Part shown: positions 1 to 8,690 of the stretch, piece by piece
How the letters are laid out: each line of letters starts with the position of its first letter
Numbering within the stretch: the stretch's first letter is position 1
Origin: a virus
Virus record (IMG/VR): IMGVR_UViG_3300027898_000002
Coordinates: 1 to 64,000 of that record
Length of the DNA: 64,000 bases
Strand: one strand, 5' to 3'
Position numbers and translations under genes: made by a program
Notes under the pieces: generated by a model
The model's input: the letters and a program-made list of their open reading frames with translations, nothing else
Database searches by the model: none
What the model was told of the DNA's origin: nothing

Positions 1-2
1 AT

Positions 3-260
3 ACACACAACGTCATCGTTGCCCAGGTCGCGGCGTTATTGTCCCTCAACATCAATTCACTTGGACTGGGAAACTCCTTGCCTTTCTCCATCCTGTCGGC
101 ATGGGCCTATACGATCCCGGGAGTAACTTCCGTTGCAAATATTCTCCTAAACGGAGGTTCGGGTGACGCTGCTACAATTCAGGCGATAAAAGGCACACAA
201 GATGGGCGCTCAACAATAGCTTACGCCACCATCAAGACAGGTTCGGTAACAGTATCATGA
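3..260 (+). CDS. 3' end of an ORF running off the left edge; baseplate wedge slot (Mu gp47 / P2 J position)
   Basis: Frame is open from nt 3 to TGA 258-260. ATGA overlap with the next gene. Lies directly upstream of a gp48-like gene and the tail fibre. Function is positional inference only. Confidence 0.45.
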   Translation, partial: THNVIVAQVAALLSLNINSLGLGNSLPFSILSAWAYTIPGVTSVANILLNGGSGDAATIQAIKGTQDGRSTIAYATIKTGSVTVS

Positions 261-1027
261 CAACAACAGGTAGCTCCGCCGATATCGTAAACCGTGTCAA
301 GCAGCTCCTCCCGCCGAGATGGTTTGCGTGGGTAGCTCCTATTCGTGACGCCATCCTTGGCGGTCTGGCAGATAGCGCCGCCTGGAACTATTCTCTGATA
401 ACCTATGCCAAGGCGCAGACGCGTATCGCGACAGCTTATGGCGTGTGGCTCGACATAGTAGCTTACGATTTTCTTGGCCGCAACCTGACACGCAACGGTG
501 CCGCTGATGATGCATTTAGAGCTGTAATCAAAGCGACAGTTTTGCAAGAGCGGGTAACTCGCGCCGGGATGGCATCTGCGGTAACTATGTTGACCGGAGC
601 AGCTCCGGCAATATTTGAACCGTGGAATACAAATGACACTGGCGCCTATAGCGGATCGCGTGCCAGCGGAGCGCCCCAATACGGTTCGATGGGTTACGGC
701 ATGGGTCGCGGTGGCTGGGGAAACATGAATCTCCCTGGGCAGGCTTTCATCAAGGTCTACCGTGGCACGCCATTAGGCGTACCAAATGTCAGCGGATGGA
801 CCAATAAATTCGGCGGTTGGGGTGTCGGCAGTATTGAATACACCGGACCTCAACTCGGCGTTACCGGAATCACCAACGACATGATCAATAGAGTAGTCAA
901 CATGGCCAAGCCAACCGGATCAACAATGTGGATAGCCATTAGTCCTCCATCGTTGTTAAAACGGCGCCCTTGCATCTTTGGTGGTCCTGACGCGGCTGTA
1001 AATTCACAGAATATAGTTATTGTATAA
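257..1027 (+). CDS. baseplate/tail protein, Mu gp48 (DUF2313)-like
   Basis: 256 aa, translationally coupled to the previous ORF. The LLPPRWF...YGVWLDIVAYDFLG...RAVIKATVLQERVTRAG pattern resembles the gp48/YmfQ family as I recall it. Sits between the wedge slot and the fibre. Confidence 0.5.
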   Translation: MTTTGSSADIVNRVKQLLPPRWFAWVAPIRDAILGGLADSAAWNYSLITYAKAQTRIATAYGVWLDIVAYDFLGRNLTRNGAADDAFRAVIKATVLQERVTRAGMASAVTMLTGAAPAIFEPWNTNDTGAYSGSRASGAPQYGSMGYGMGRGGWGNMNLPGQAFIKVYRGTPLGVPNVSGWTNKFGGWGVGSIEYTGPQLGVTGITNDMINRVVNMAKPTGSTMWIAISPPSLLKRRPCIFGGPDAAVNSQNIVIV

Positions 1028-1038
1028 GAGGAAACAAA

Positions 1039-1659
1039 ATGGCGAATTATGCAGCGTTAGACGGCGGGCTCAATCTTCAACAAGTCGCCGCTATGGCGGA
1101 TATGGATGCTCAAACGGCATTCATTCTCATACGATCGTCGGAACACCGTAAGCCAACATTCTGGTATTCCGGCAACTACACACCCGTAGCGGCGCCGACA
1201 GATTCGCTTATGATTCAGGGGTCGGCAACACGTACACTTCGCGTGAAACGTATCTCTCTGCTCGGCGCTACTGGAACTGCGGCCGGCACAATACCGGCGA
1301 CGCTAATTCGGCGTACCACACAATTCACAACCCAGGGAACAGCGGCGTTCACAAACATCACGCCAGGCAAGGCCGATGTCAACGACGCCAACGCAACGGG
1401 TGTCGTGGCAACTATCGGAACTGCCAACATCACATCGCTCGGTGCCAATCCGACAAACCTGCGGCAAGGGCGCCTGTGGTTCCCGATCGCCGCCTCGGCG
1501 CCACCCGTGCCGCTGGTTTGGGATTTCGCCATGCGACAGGACAAGGCCAATATCCTGCGCGGTATTGGCGATTTCATGTTTATCAATTTCGGAGGCGGCA
1601 CCGTTCCGACCAGCGGCACTGTGGACTACGAAATTCAGATCGAAGAAGACCAAAGCTAA
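1039..1659 (+). CDS. hypothetical virion protein (beta-rich, Thr/Gly/Ala-rich)
   Basis: 206 aa. ATG preceded by AGAGGAAAC. Lies between the baseplate and fibre genes. Confidence 0.6.
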   Translation: MANYAALDGGLNLQQVAAMADMDAQTAFILIRSSEHRKPTFWYSGNYTPVAAPTDSLMIQGSATRTLRVKRISLLGATGTAAGTIPATLIRRTTQFTTQGTAAFTNITPGKADVNDANATGVVATIGTANITSLGANPTNLRQGRLWFPIAASAPPVPLVWDFAMRQDKANILRGIGDFMFINFGGGTVPTSGTVDYEIQIEEDQS

Positions 1660-1670
1660 GGGGAATACAA

Positions 1671-3755
1671 ATGGATCGCCCGATTACATATGATGGTGCG
1701 CTGCCGCAGACGACCGACATTCTCAACGCCGCTAAGTTTGCCATGGTGGCACAAGCGTATCAGAATCGCGCTGCGTTCGGCACAAGCACAACTGTGTCCG
1801 GTCTGGCCTGCCTCCCGACAAGTCCGACGCCTGATCTCCACGTCAGTGTGGGCGTGGGGTCGATCTATCAAATGGATCCTACGGACGCCACGGCCTATGG
1901 CGACCTGGGCGTCGACAACAACAACATTGTCAAGCAGGGCATCTTGCCAGCGCCCGTTGTTCTGACTCTTACCCCGCCATCGACAAGCGGGTTCAGTCAA
2001 GTATTTCTTGTCGAAGCTATTTTGAACGATATTGACGCGGGATTAACGACACTGAGCTATTACAATTCGGCTAACCCGGCGGCGCCGTTTGCCGGCCCGG
2101 CTGGTTCGAATATTTCTCAGTTCACAATCAGGTCGTGTGTCTGTGCGATCGCGTTAAAAGCTGGTATTGCGGCGACTACGGGCACCCAGACAACGCCGCC
2201 GCCGGACGCCGGTTTCGTGCCTCTGTACGCTATCACGGTAGCTAACGGTGTTACCCAGGTCACTAGTGGCAACATCGTGACGCAAGCGCTGGCGCCTTTT
2301 TTCCCCACACTTCCCCAGGTCCCTGCAGCTGTGCAAAACGGAACTTGGGTTTATTGCGTCGACACCGGCACTGCCAACCATCTCATTGTCACGCCGCCGA
2401 ACAATCCGCAGGCACTGGTTACGGGCATGGGATTCCGCGTCAAGGTTCTCACCAACTGCTCCGGTGCGTCCGATATCACGATCAACTATGTTAACTCCAG
2501 TGGTGTGGCGGCTACACTCGGACCGGTTACTATTCATCGTGGCAGTACAGCCGGTATCACGACAGGCGATCTTGTGTCGGGAGGAGTTGCCGATCTTGTC
2601 TATGACGGCACGTTCTTCCAAATGGCCAATTACATGGGGTCCGGAACGAACACCAACACGAATACGACTATCGGAATTCCGTATGTTGCCGACAGCGGCA
2701 CCGTCAACAATATCGTTGCCACGTTCGCGCCCACCATATTGCCGCTAACACCCGGTGAGACTATTGCAGTAAAATTAGCGAACACTATCGCCGGCGGCGT
2801 GTGTGTGATCAACTGCAACGGTGGTGGCAACAAGAACGTGGTTTTGGGAGACCTTTCCAACCCACCATTCAATATTTTCGTGGCGGGTATGGTTCTCGTC
2901 ATGGAATATGACGGTACTCAATTTCAGATAATCAACACATCGGCAGGCATGTTCTACCGCCAGCCTACGGCGAACTATAACATCTATGTGAATACGTCAA
3001 CTGGAAGTGACACACTTTACAACGGCTTCTCTGCCACCGTTAGTGGTTCTCAGGGTCCGTTTAAGACGATCCAGAAAGCATTGAACGTAGCGTGGAGCTA
3101 CGCGCCCAGCAGTACCTTCATCGTAACGATAAACATTGCTTCTGGCTCGTACAACGAGAATCCTCAAACGCCTTCCAACCCCGCTGGCAACATCGTCATA
3201 AACGGCGCCGGCATCGGTTCGACGATCATAGCGTCTACTAGCAGCTCGTTAACAGCGTTTGTTTGTACAGGACCAACGAGCATCACCTTCCAGAATCTTA
3301 CTCTGTCGGGTAACTCACTTGCCGGACTTGTGACAGAATTCGGCGCAAATGTTACAGTGTCAAATGTAGCTTTCAACAATAACATCGTGTCCGGCAGTCA
3401 TGTGCAGGCCGTATATTTTGGGTTTGTTTCAATCGGCAGCGGTGTCGTAATTGGCGGCAACTGCAATTCTGTATTTCTTGGGCAGTCCGGTGGTTCCGTT
3501 GGCTTTCAGCAGGTGGCGATTACGATCAGCAGCGGCATAGGCGTTGCATCGGGATTCTGCTACGCGGTCAACGGCGGTACAGTCACGAACGGCACCGCGA
3601 TCACACCACCGAGCTTTGTCAATCCCGGTTTCGTATCTGGGCCAAAATATCTGGCTACGGGCAATGGCGTCGTTTGGGCACAAGGGCAAGGCGTAAACTT
3701 CTACCCAGGCAACGTTGCCGGAAGCACACAAAGTGGTGGTCAATATATTCCTTAA
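1671..3755 (+). CDS. tail fibre / tailspike with C-terminal right-handed beta-helix (pectate-lyase-like) domain
   Basis: Start set at ATG 1671 (AAGGGGAA upstream) instead of the track start 1476, which overlaps the previous gene. N-terminus MDRPITYDGALPQTTDILN is fibre-like. C-terminal GPFKTIQKALNVA...SGSYNENP...FQNLTLSGN pattern fits a beta-helix depolymerase domain. Confidence 0.75.
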   Translation: MDRPITYDGALPQTTDILNAAKFAMVAQAYQNRAAFGTSTTVSGLACLPTSPTPDLHVSVGVGSIYQMDPTDATAYGDLGVDNNNIVKQGILPAPVVLTLTPPSTSGFSQVFLVEAILNDIDAGLTTLSYYNSANPAAPFAGPAGSNISQFTIRSCVCAIALKAGIAATTGTQTTPPPDAGFVPLYAITVANGVTQVTSGNIVTQALAPFFPTLPQVPAAVQNGTWVYCVDTGTANHLIVTPPNNPQALVTGMGFRVKVLTNCSGASDITINYVNSSGVAATLGPVTIHRGSTAGITTGDLVSGGVADLVYDGTFFQMANYMGSGTNTNTNTTIGIPYVADSGTVNNIVATFAPTILPLTPGETIAVKLANTIAGGVCVINCNGGGNKNVVLGDLSNPPFNIFVAGMVLVMEYDGTQFQIINTSAGMFYRQPTANYNIYVNTSTGSDTLYNGFSATVSGSQGPFKTIQKALNVAWSYAPSSTFIVTINIASGSYNENPQTPSNPAGNIVINGAGIGSTIIASTSSSLTAFVCTGPTSITFQNLTLSGNSLAGLVTEFGANVTVSNVAFNNNIVSGSHVQAVYFGFVSIGSGVVIGGNCNSVFLGQSGGSVGFQQVAITISSGIGVASGFCYAVNGGTVTNGTAITPPSFVNPGFVSGPKYLATGNGVVWAQGQGVNFYPGNVAGSTQSGGQYIP

Positions 3756-3767
3756 GGGAAGATAATC

Positions 3768-4004
3768 ATGGTGGCACTGATTCTTACTTTCAATCCGATG
3801 GATTGGTACTGGCTGAACCAAGATGGCCGTATCTATTCCAGCAAGCGTAACGCCCTTGTGTATTCGTACGATTCTGCCTATTTGGCTTTCGTCGCGGCAA
3901 ATGGCGGTGTGTCGCCGTGGCCTATCGACATCAACGGACTCCAGACTACAGCCGCCTTGCAAGCCGTAGTCGGGAATTATGGCATTACACTGCCGTTTTC
4001 ATAA
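3768..4004 (+). CDS. hypothetical small protein (fibre chaperone slot)
   Basis: 78 aa, 12 nt after the fibre stop, GGGAAGATAATC upstream. Function is positional guess only. Confidence 0.55.
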   Translation: MVALILTFNPMDWYWLNQDGRIYSSKRNALVYSYDSAYLAFVAANGGVSPWPIDINGLQTTAALQAVVGNYGITLPFS

Positions 4005-4088
4005 CACAAAGGAGGGTTGTTGTTTCAAAAACTGGTTCACGTTAAAGCTTGTCAACATTGGTCACGTTAAAACAGGAGATTAAAGGTT

Positions 4089-5033
4089 ATGGATGACAGC
4101 ACGAAGAAGATCGCGCAAGTTCTGGCTACAGGAATCGTCAAGAAATTATTGATCGGCGGCGGGATGTTCCTTGCCGGCAAAGGCGTTACAGTTGGATTTT
4201 CGGTCGCCGATTACGCCGCCATGTCCACTGCCATTGTCGCCGGCAGTTGGTCGCTCTGGCAGGATTACGGCAAAGGCATTCTGCTTTCGAAAATGGAAGT
4301 CTGGAAAGCGCAGGCTCTGGCGCAGGCCGCGGCACTCAAGCGCAACGGCATCGCACAACCAACCGTTGCCGAGATCGCAGCCCAACATCCGACATTGACC
4401 GCCGTCGATGTCGCCAAGGTGACTTCCAACAACGTGGCGCCACTCGTAGCTCCCACGGCGGCAACCGCCCTGTTGATCGGGCTCATGCTGTTCCACCCGT
4501 CGCCGGCACAAGCACAGAAACTTACGGGAAAACCGATCGAAGACATTCAACGGGCTATTGCAGGTCCCGACAAGTCGGCGGCAGCTCTCGAATCTCTGGC
4601 AACAGCGTTGGCGAAACCGTTCAAGGATATCGCCGATTTTATCGGTTCGGATGCCACGGCGGCGATCGCCCAATCAACTGTTCTGCCAAACTTGCAGGAT
4701 GGTCACGGGCAGCAATGCTGGGTTGCGATGAAAGATTTCGGTGAAATCATCAAGGAGCACCCTGTTCCGATTACATTTCACGTGATCAACGATTACGAAA
4801 CGTTGCGTCTTCTCGGTATGGCGACAAACAACCTTTGCAACAATGTCCACTGCACACAAGTGTTTGCCGATTTCACCTCTATGGCACAAGCGGCGTCGCC
4901 AATGCCCTTGGCGATTCCTTCCCTGCACGATCTTTGTACAAAGGTTCCACAAATCGCCGTCGTGGCGCCGATCAAGCTCCCTGACGCACCGCCGGCAACC
5001 ACGTCAACTCCGGCGCCGACACAGACTCCCTGA
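4089..5033 (+). CDS. membrane protein with Cys-containing domain and Pro/Thr-rich tail
   Basis: 314 aa, AGGAGA 8 nt upstream. Hydrophobic segments LLIGGGMFLAG, AMSTAIVAGSW and ATALLIGLMLF. C-terminus PDAPPATTSTPAPTQTP. Last gene before the terminator. Confidence 0.6.
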   Translation: MDDSTKKIAQVLATGIVKKLLIGGGMFLAGKGVTVGFSVADYAAMSTAIVAGSWSLWQDYGKGILLSKMEVWKAQALAQAAALKRNGIAQPTVAEIAAQHPTLTAVDVAKVTSNNVAPLVAPTAATALLIGLMLFHPSPAQAQKLTGKPIEDIQRAIAGPDKSAAALESLATALAKPFKDIADFIGSDATAAIAQSTVLPNLQDGHGQQCWVAMKDFGEIIKEHPVPITFHVINDYETLRLLGMATNNLCNNVHCTQVFADFTSMAQAASPMPLAIPSLHDLCTKVPQIAVVAPIKLPDAPPATTSTPAPTQTP

Positions 5034-5097
5034 TTCGGTAACGCGCGTATCGCGTAACCGAGCAGAGCCCCAAAAGGGGCGTTTCCTCTAAACTTGA

Positions 5098-5130
5098 CCC
5101 CGCTAGCTTCGGTTGGCGGGGTTCTTTTTT
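5098..5130 (+). terminator. rho-independent terminator of the rightward late block
   Basis: CCCCGC-tagcttcggttg-GCGGGG followed by TTCTTTTTT. Confidence 0.7.
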
Positions 5131-5135
5131 GCCGT

Positions 5136-5294
5136 GGGGAGGAGGGGGAGGGGGTTTGTCCAGACGTGGACCCGGCTGTGGTCGACCTGGGCAGGCCTAG
5201 CCGGATAGAGGGGCGGTCTCTTGGGGGATGTTTATACCCCCGGCCGGGACCTGGGACCCGGCCGGGTCCGATCGTATAGGGCAGTAATACTGCC
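5136..5294. other. G-tract plus GC-rich palindromes in the non-coding junction
   Basis: GGGGAGGAGGGGGAGGGGG at 5136-5154. CCCGGCCGGG at 5239-5248 and 5257-5266. Perfect 16-bp palindrome GGACCCGGCCGGGTCC at 5254-5269. 15-bp palindrome GGCAGTAATACTGCC at 5280-5294. Confidence 0.6.
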
Positions 5295-5451
5295 TATTCT
5301 TTACAGCAGCCGTTGTCTGCCCACGGCTTCCCAGTACAATAGCCATTGCGAAGGGGCGATCGACGACGGCCGCTTGATCGTCGTACCCAGGATTGTCACG
5401 TCGTTGTATGTCACGTCGATTTGCATCACAGCCTTTTCCTTTTTGGAATTT

Positions 5452-5769
5452 GGCGCTCATACTTCTTGGATTACTACTTGGCACTGACACGCTCTAGCAC
5501 GTTGGTTTTCATGGTCACTTTTGACACGTTAGGTGAGTTTGGTTTTCTAAGTTACGTCGACACGTTCGAGTAGGTTGGTTGTCAGGTTAATTATGACACG
5601 TTCGAGAGCGTTGGATGACTTCTATACAACGACGCGTTTTCTTTGGTTGGTTTTCTACAAATCATTGACACTCGTTTCAAGAAGATGGTTTTCTAACATG
5701 AAGTGACGCGCTTTTATCATGTGGGTTAAATAGGCGATGTTGGCACGCTTTTCTTTCAAGGTGTTGCTA
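5452..5769. repeat. array A: 9 tandem units of the 36-37 bp bipartite repeat
   Basis: First blocks (GACACG-like) at 5452, 5486, 5523, 5559, 5595, 5631, 5667, 5705 and 5742. Each is followed, usually after 10 nt, by TTGGTTTTCTA-like block. Spacing 34-38 bp. Confidence 0.8.
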
Positions 5770-5781
5770 TCGCCTCTCGAC

Positions 5782-7722
5782 TTATTCAATCGACCCCCAA
5801 TTCGGACCGGTGCCACCATCAGCTCGCAATGGCACAAGCAATTCGACACACGTTTCCATGATGTGTTTCAATTCTCGTAGAGCCTCGTGGTGCACGGGGA
5901 TATCCTCAACGCTCCCATCAAGTTCGTCATGCACAGTCAGGTGTGGGGCACCTATCTCGTGGAATACACCTGCTTCCCAGGCGTTGACCATGGCTGTTTT
6001 CATGATGTCCGCAGCGTCACCCTGCAAACGGGCATTCAAAGCTTTGTGTGTGAACGCCCGTTTGGAACCTTTGACGTATGATGGAAAATAATAAACACCA
6101 TCTCGCGTTTTCTTTTCCCAGGTGTCAAAGTGACGATGCCGACCGGATAGTGTCGTTATGATCCCGGTTTTCATAGCATGCTCCATTGCCTTTTCACGCA
6201 GCTTTCCTAGGAATGGAACACGCCGCAGATAATCGCGATACATCTGCTGCGCAACTTCGAAACTGACACCCAGTTGATCCGCCAAGGCGTCGATACCCAG
6301 ACCATAGATAATTCCGAAGTTGATGTTCTTGGCGAACTTTCTTTCGAGACCTGTAATTGCAGCAACGACCTTGTGATAGTCGGTTGCAGGATCATTCCTG
6401 TATTGCTCAACAACGGCCTCGGCGCCACGAAGCTTAAGCCGAAAAGCGTGATGAATCCCCAATCGAAATTCGATCTGGCTCCAATCGAACTTCCACCATA
6501 TCTTGCCAAACTCGGCCTCGAACAAGCACCTGATCAGGTGACCGAGCTCTTGATCGCGTATTGGGATGTTCTGCAGGTTCGGGTGGCTCGACGAAAAGCG
6601 CCCGCTGACTGTGCCGCCGTCGTCGGACTTTAGCGGATGGAATTGACAATGCACAATCCCGTTGATGCTACCTTCGAGCAAGGCGCCTTCCAAAAACGTA
6701 CCACAGAACTTGTCGAGCCGGCGGGCATCCATGACTAGCCGGCCAACCGGATGCGGACAAACTGCCAGCCAATCCTTGCGAAACGAAGGCTTATTGGTCT
6801 TCTCGGTTCGCGGATACATGATGCCGGCAGTGTCAAACACCTGGGCAAGGCTATCAGCGGCCCATATGTCGACATCGACACCCGACTCCGCCTTGATCTT
6901 TAGCAGCACGTCTGCCTGTCGCCCCCGCAACTTGTCGCGAAGTTCCTCTGTCTTGGCTATGTTGACAGGGACCCCGCGACGCCACATCGCCAACAGCATC
7001 GGCAACAGTTTGGATTCGAGAACGAACAGTTCCCAAACGCCTTGCCGTTCCAGCTCCTCGCGTTGCAATTTGAAAATACGCAACGGGAGATCAACGTCAC
7101 CCTCGGCGTAGGGTCCTATGACGGTTGGTGGTGCCCGCCATATGTTCGATTTGTAATTGGTCTCGCCGAACGCCGCGACGAGCCAATCACGCATTTCGTT
7201 TTGCGGCTTGCCCTCGCCGAGCCATTCGATCGCTATGTTGTTCAACGTATAAGACAGTTTGTTCTCGTCGAGCAGCGGCTCGGCAATCTGGACATCGTAG
7301 AACGGTCCAGTAACTTCGATGTCCGCTACGCTCAGGTACATCAGATCAAACAGGATGTTGGCGCCGATTTTCGGCACCGGGCGTTTAAGCTCCCGCCGTA
7401 GCCAGCGGAAAACTTTTTCCCGATCAAGGTTTGGTCCGATTTCGTGCGCGATCGGATAATAGCGCCGAAACCCTGCTTCAGTCCCGATCGATACGCCGCA
7501 CATGTAACCGTCACGCAAAGCACCGGGTCCAAGCGTCTTAAGATCAGGGTCATACGCTTCTATGTCGATCGCGATCGCCCCTTGACCCTCCAGTGATGGA
7601 TAGTCTTCGGGGAGCTTCCATCCGGTATCGGGAATCGGGGGCAGCGGTCGTGGCCCACTGCTGCCCCGTGTGGCGACGGGAGGGATATCCTCCCAGAACA
7701 AACCTACGGCGTCAGCTCGCAC
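5782..7722 (-). CDS. polA: DNA polymerase, family A (T7-like, with 3'-5' exonuclease, no 5'-3' exonuclease domain)
   Basis: 646 aa. Exonuclease motifs DIEAYD, NILFDL, YAEGDVD. Polymerase motif A DWSQIEFR, motif B RKFAKNINFGIIYG, motif C VHDEL; also PNLQNIP. Confidence 0.95.
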   Translation of the reverse strand: MRADAVGLFWEDIPPVATRGSSGPRPLPPIPDTGWKLPEDYPSLEGQGAIAIDIEAYDPDLKTLGPGALRDGYMCGVSIGTEAGFRRYYPIAHEIGPNLDREKVFRWLRRELKRPVPKIGANILFDLMYLSVADIEVTGPFYDVQIAEPLLDENKLSYTLNNIAIEWLGEGKPQNEMRDWLVAAFGETNYKSNIWRAPPTVIGPYAEGDVDLPLRIFKLQREELERQGVWELFVLESKLLPMLLAMWRRGVPVNIAKTEELRDKLRGRQADVLLKIKAESGVDVDIWAADSLAQVFDTAGIMYPRTEKTNKPSFRKDWLAVCPHPVGRLVMDARRLDKFCGTFLEGALLEGSINGIVHCQFHPLKSDDGGTVSGRFSSSHPNLQNIPIRDQELGHLIRCLFEAEFGKIWWKFDWSQIEFRLGIHHAFRLKLRGAEAVVEQYRNDPATDYHKVVAAITGLERKFAKNINFGIIYGLGIDALADQLGVSFEVAQQMYRDYLRRVPFLGKLREKAMEHAMKTGIITTLSGRHRHFDTWEKKTRDGVYYFPSYVKGSKRAFTHKALNARLQGDAADIMKTAMVNAWEAGVFHEIGAPHLTVHDELDGSVEDIPVHHEALRELKHIMETCVELLVPLRADGGTGPNWGSIE

Positions 7723-7900
7723 GCAGCTTCTCCACAGCCATTTTTAAAGCGGTGATGTCGTCGATCAGTATGGCGATAGCAGCCGTTTTTTCCGCGTCAG
7801 TATAGGAACGCTTACGCTCGAGACGCCGGATGGCGCCTTGATTGATTGCTATCAAGGCTTTTAGAATTTTAACGGCCTTGGATTTCGTCATGTCATACAT
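7712..7900 (-). CDS. hypothetical small protein
   Basis: 62 aa. Its ATG overlaps the end of the MazG-like reading frame, and its stop overlaps the polA start region. Confidence 0.5.
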   Translation of the reverse strand: MYDMTKSKAVKILKALIAINQGAIRRLERKRSYTDAEKTAAIAILIDDITALKMAVEKLRAS

Positions 7901-8289
7901 ACCTCGTTTTCAATCCGTGCTTGATCGACGACTCGTTGAACTTGTCTTTGGTGGCCTGCTCCAGATCGACGCCGGCGTGCATGGCACACAAGTCGAGACA
8001 AATCTGGGCGTCACCAAATTTCCTTGCTGATTTCTTCAAGTGTGACACGGCTGCCGACGAGTCCCATTTGCTGACGCTCGAGCTTCTTGAGCATATTGCA
8101 GATGCCGAGCATCTTGCTCGACATCAACAGCATCGCCGTGGCCTTCTCCAGGAGCTCGCCGAGCTCGCCGGCCATTTCATTGCCGCGGAACGACAGGCTG
8201 ATGTCACCACCGGGGTCCCATTCTTTGTTGCGGGCGACGTTGGCTTCGCGAAGAAAGTGATATCGGTGCGCCGGGTCAATATTTTCCAT
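7893..8289 (-). pseudogene. MazG-like NTP pyrophosphohydrolase, reading frame interrupted (+1) near 8014-8019
   Basis: N-part MENIDP...EMAGELGELLEK...CNMLKKLER...EEISKE stops at TGA 8011-8013. The +1 frame continues FGDAQICLDLCAMHAGVDLEQATKDKFNESS to TGA 7893-7895, giving both MazG helices. The break is at GAAATTTGG (A3/T3 runs). Confidence 0.7.
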
Positions 8290-8690
8290 CAATCCATCTC
8301 CTCTGCTGCTTCTTTTAAACGTCTGTACTGCTTGCGTGTCAGGAATTTTTTCTCCAGCCACCATGTATAGATGCTGTCAATAAATTGCTGAAACGATGCC
8401 GGCCACGACCTGCTCATGACTTTTTCGAACAGGGTATCGATTTCCGATTTGTCGTCATGATGACCGTGCGGACTAAAGCCTTCCCAGTCCGGTTCCGGTG
8501 CCCGGCGACGTGGGGCGTCGCGCGGGAAGGCATCGTTGTACTTGTCCAGGGCACGCGCGATCTCTTCCCAGGTGAGACCAGCGTCAGACAACATCTTATT
8601 GGCGCGACGCAGCGCCATCAAGGCTTCGTTGTCATTGCTGGATGTCGTCTTGCCCATGAACTTGGAGAAGAGACCGGCGTATTTCATCAA
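8289..8690 (-). CDS. hypothetical protein (DUF2786-like N-terminal helix)
   Basis: 133 aa. NDNEALMALRRANKMLSDAGLTWEEI motif. TGATG overlap with the downstream gene. Confidence 0.65.
   Translation of the reverse strand: MMKYAGLFSKFMGKTTSSNDNEALMALRRANKMLSDAGLTWEEIARALDKYNDAFPRDAPRRRAPEPDWEGFSPHGHHDDKSEIDTLFEKVMSRSWPASFQQFIDSIYTWWLEKKFLTRKQYRRLKEAAEEMD

Noticed and set aside
1476-1670. Upstream extension of the tail fibre ORF offered by the track (start 1476)
   Set aside because: The extension overlaps gene 1039-1659 out of frame and is Arg-rich nonsense. ATG 1671 follows that gene's stop and has a purine-rich RBS.
5197-5490. 97-aa - strand ORF downstream of array A (also 5094-5279 and 5221-5487 on +)
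   Set aside because: No SD. The start codons fall inside repeat or palindrome elements. The composition is odd and the ORF spans perfect GC palindromes. It is kept only as a possible non-coding transcript region.
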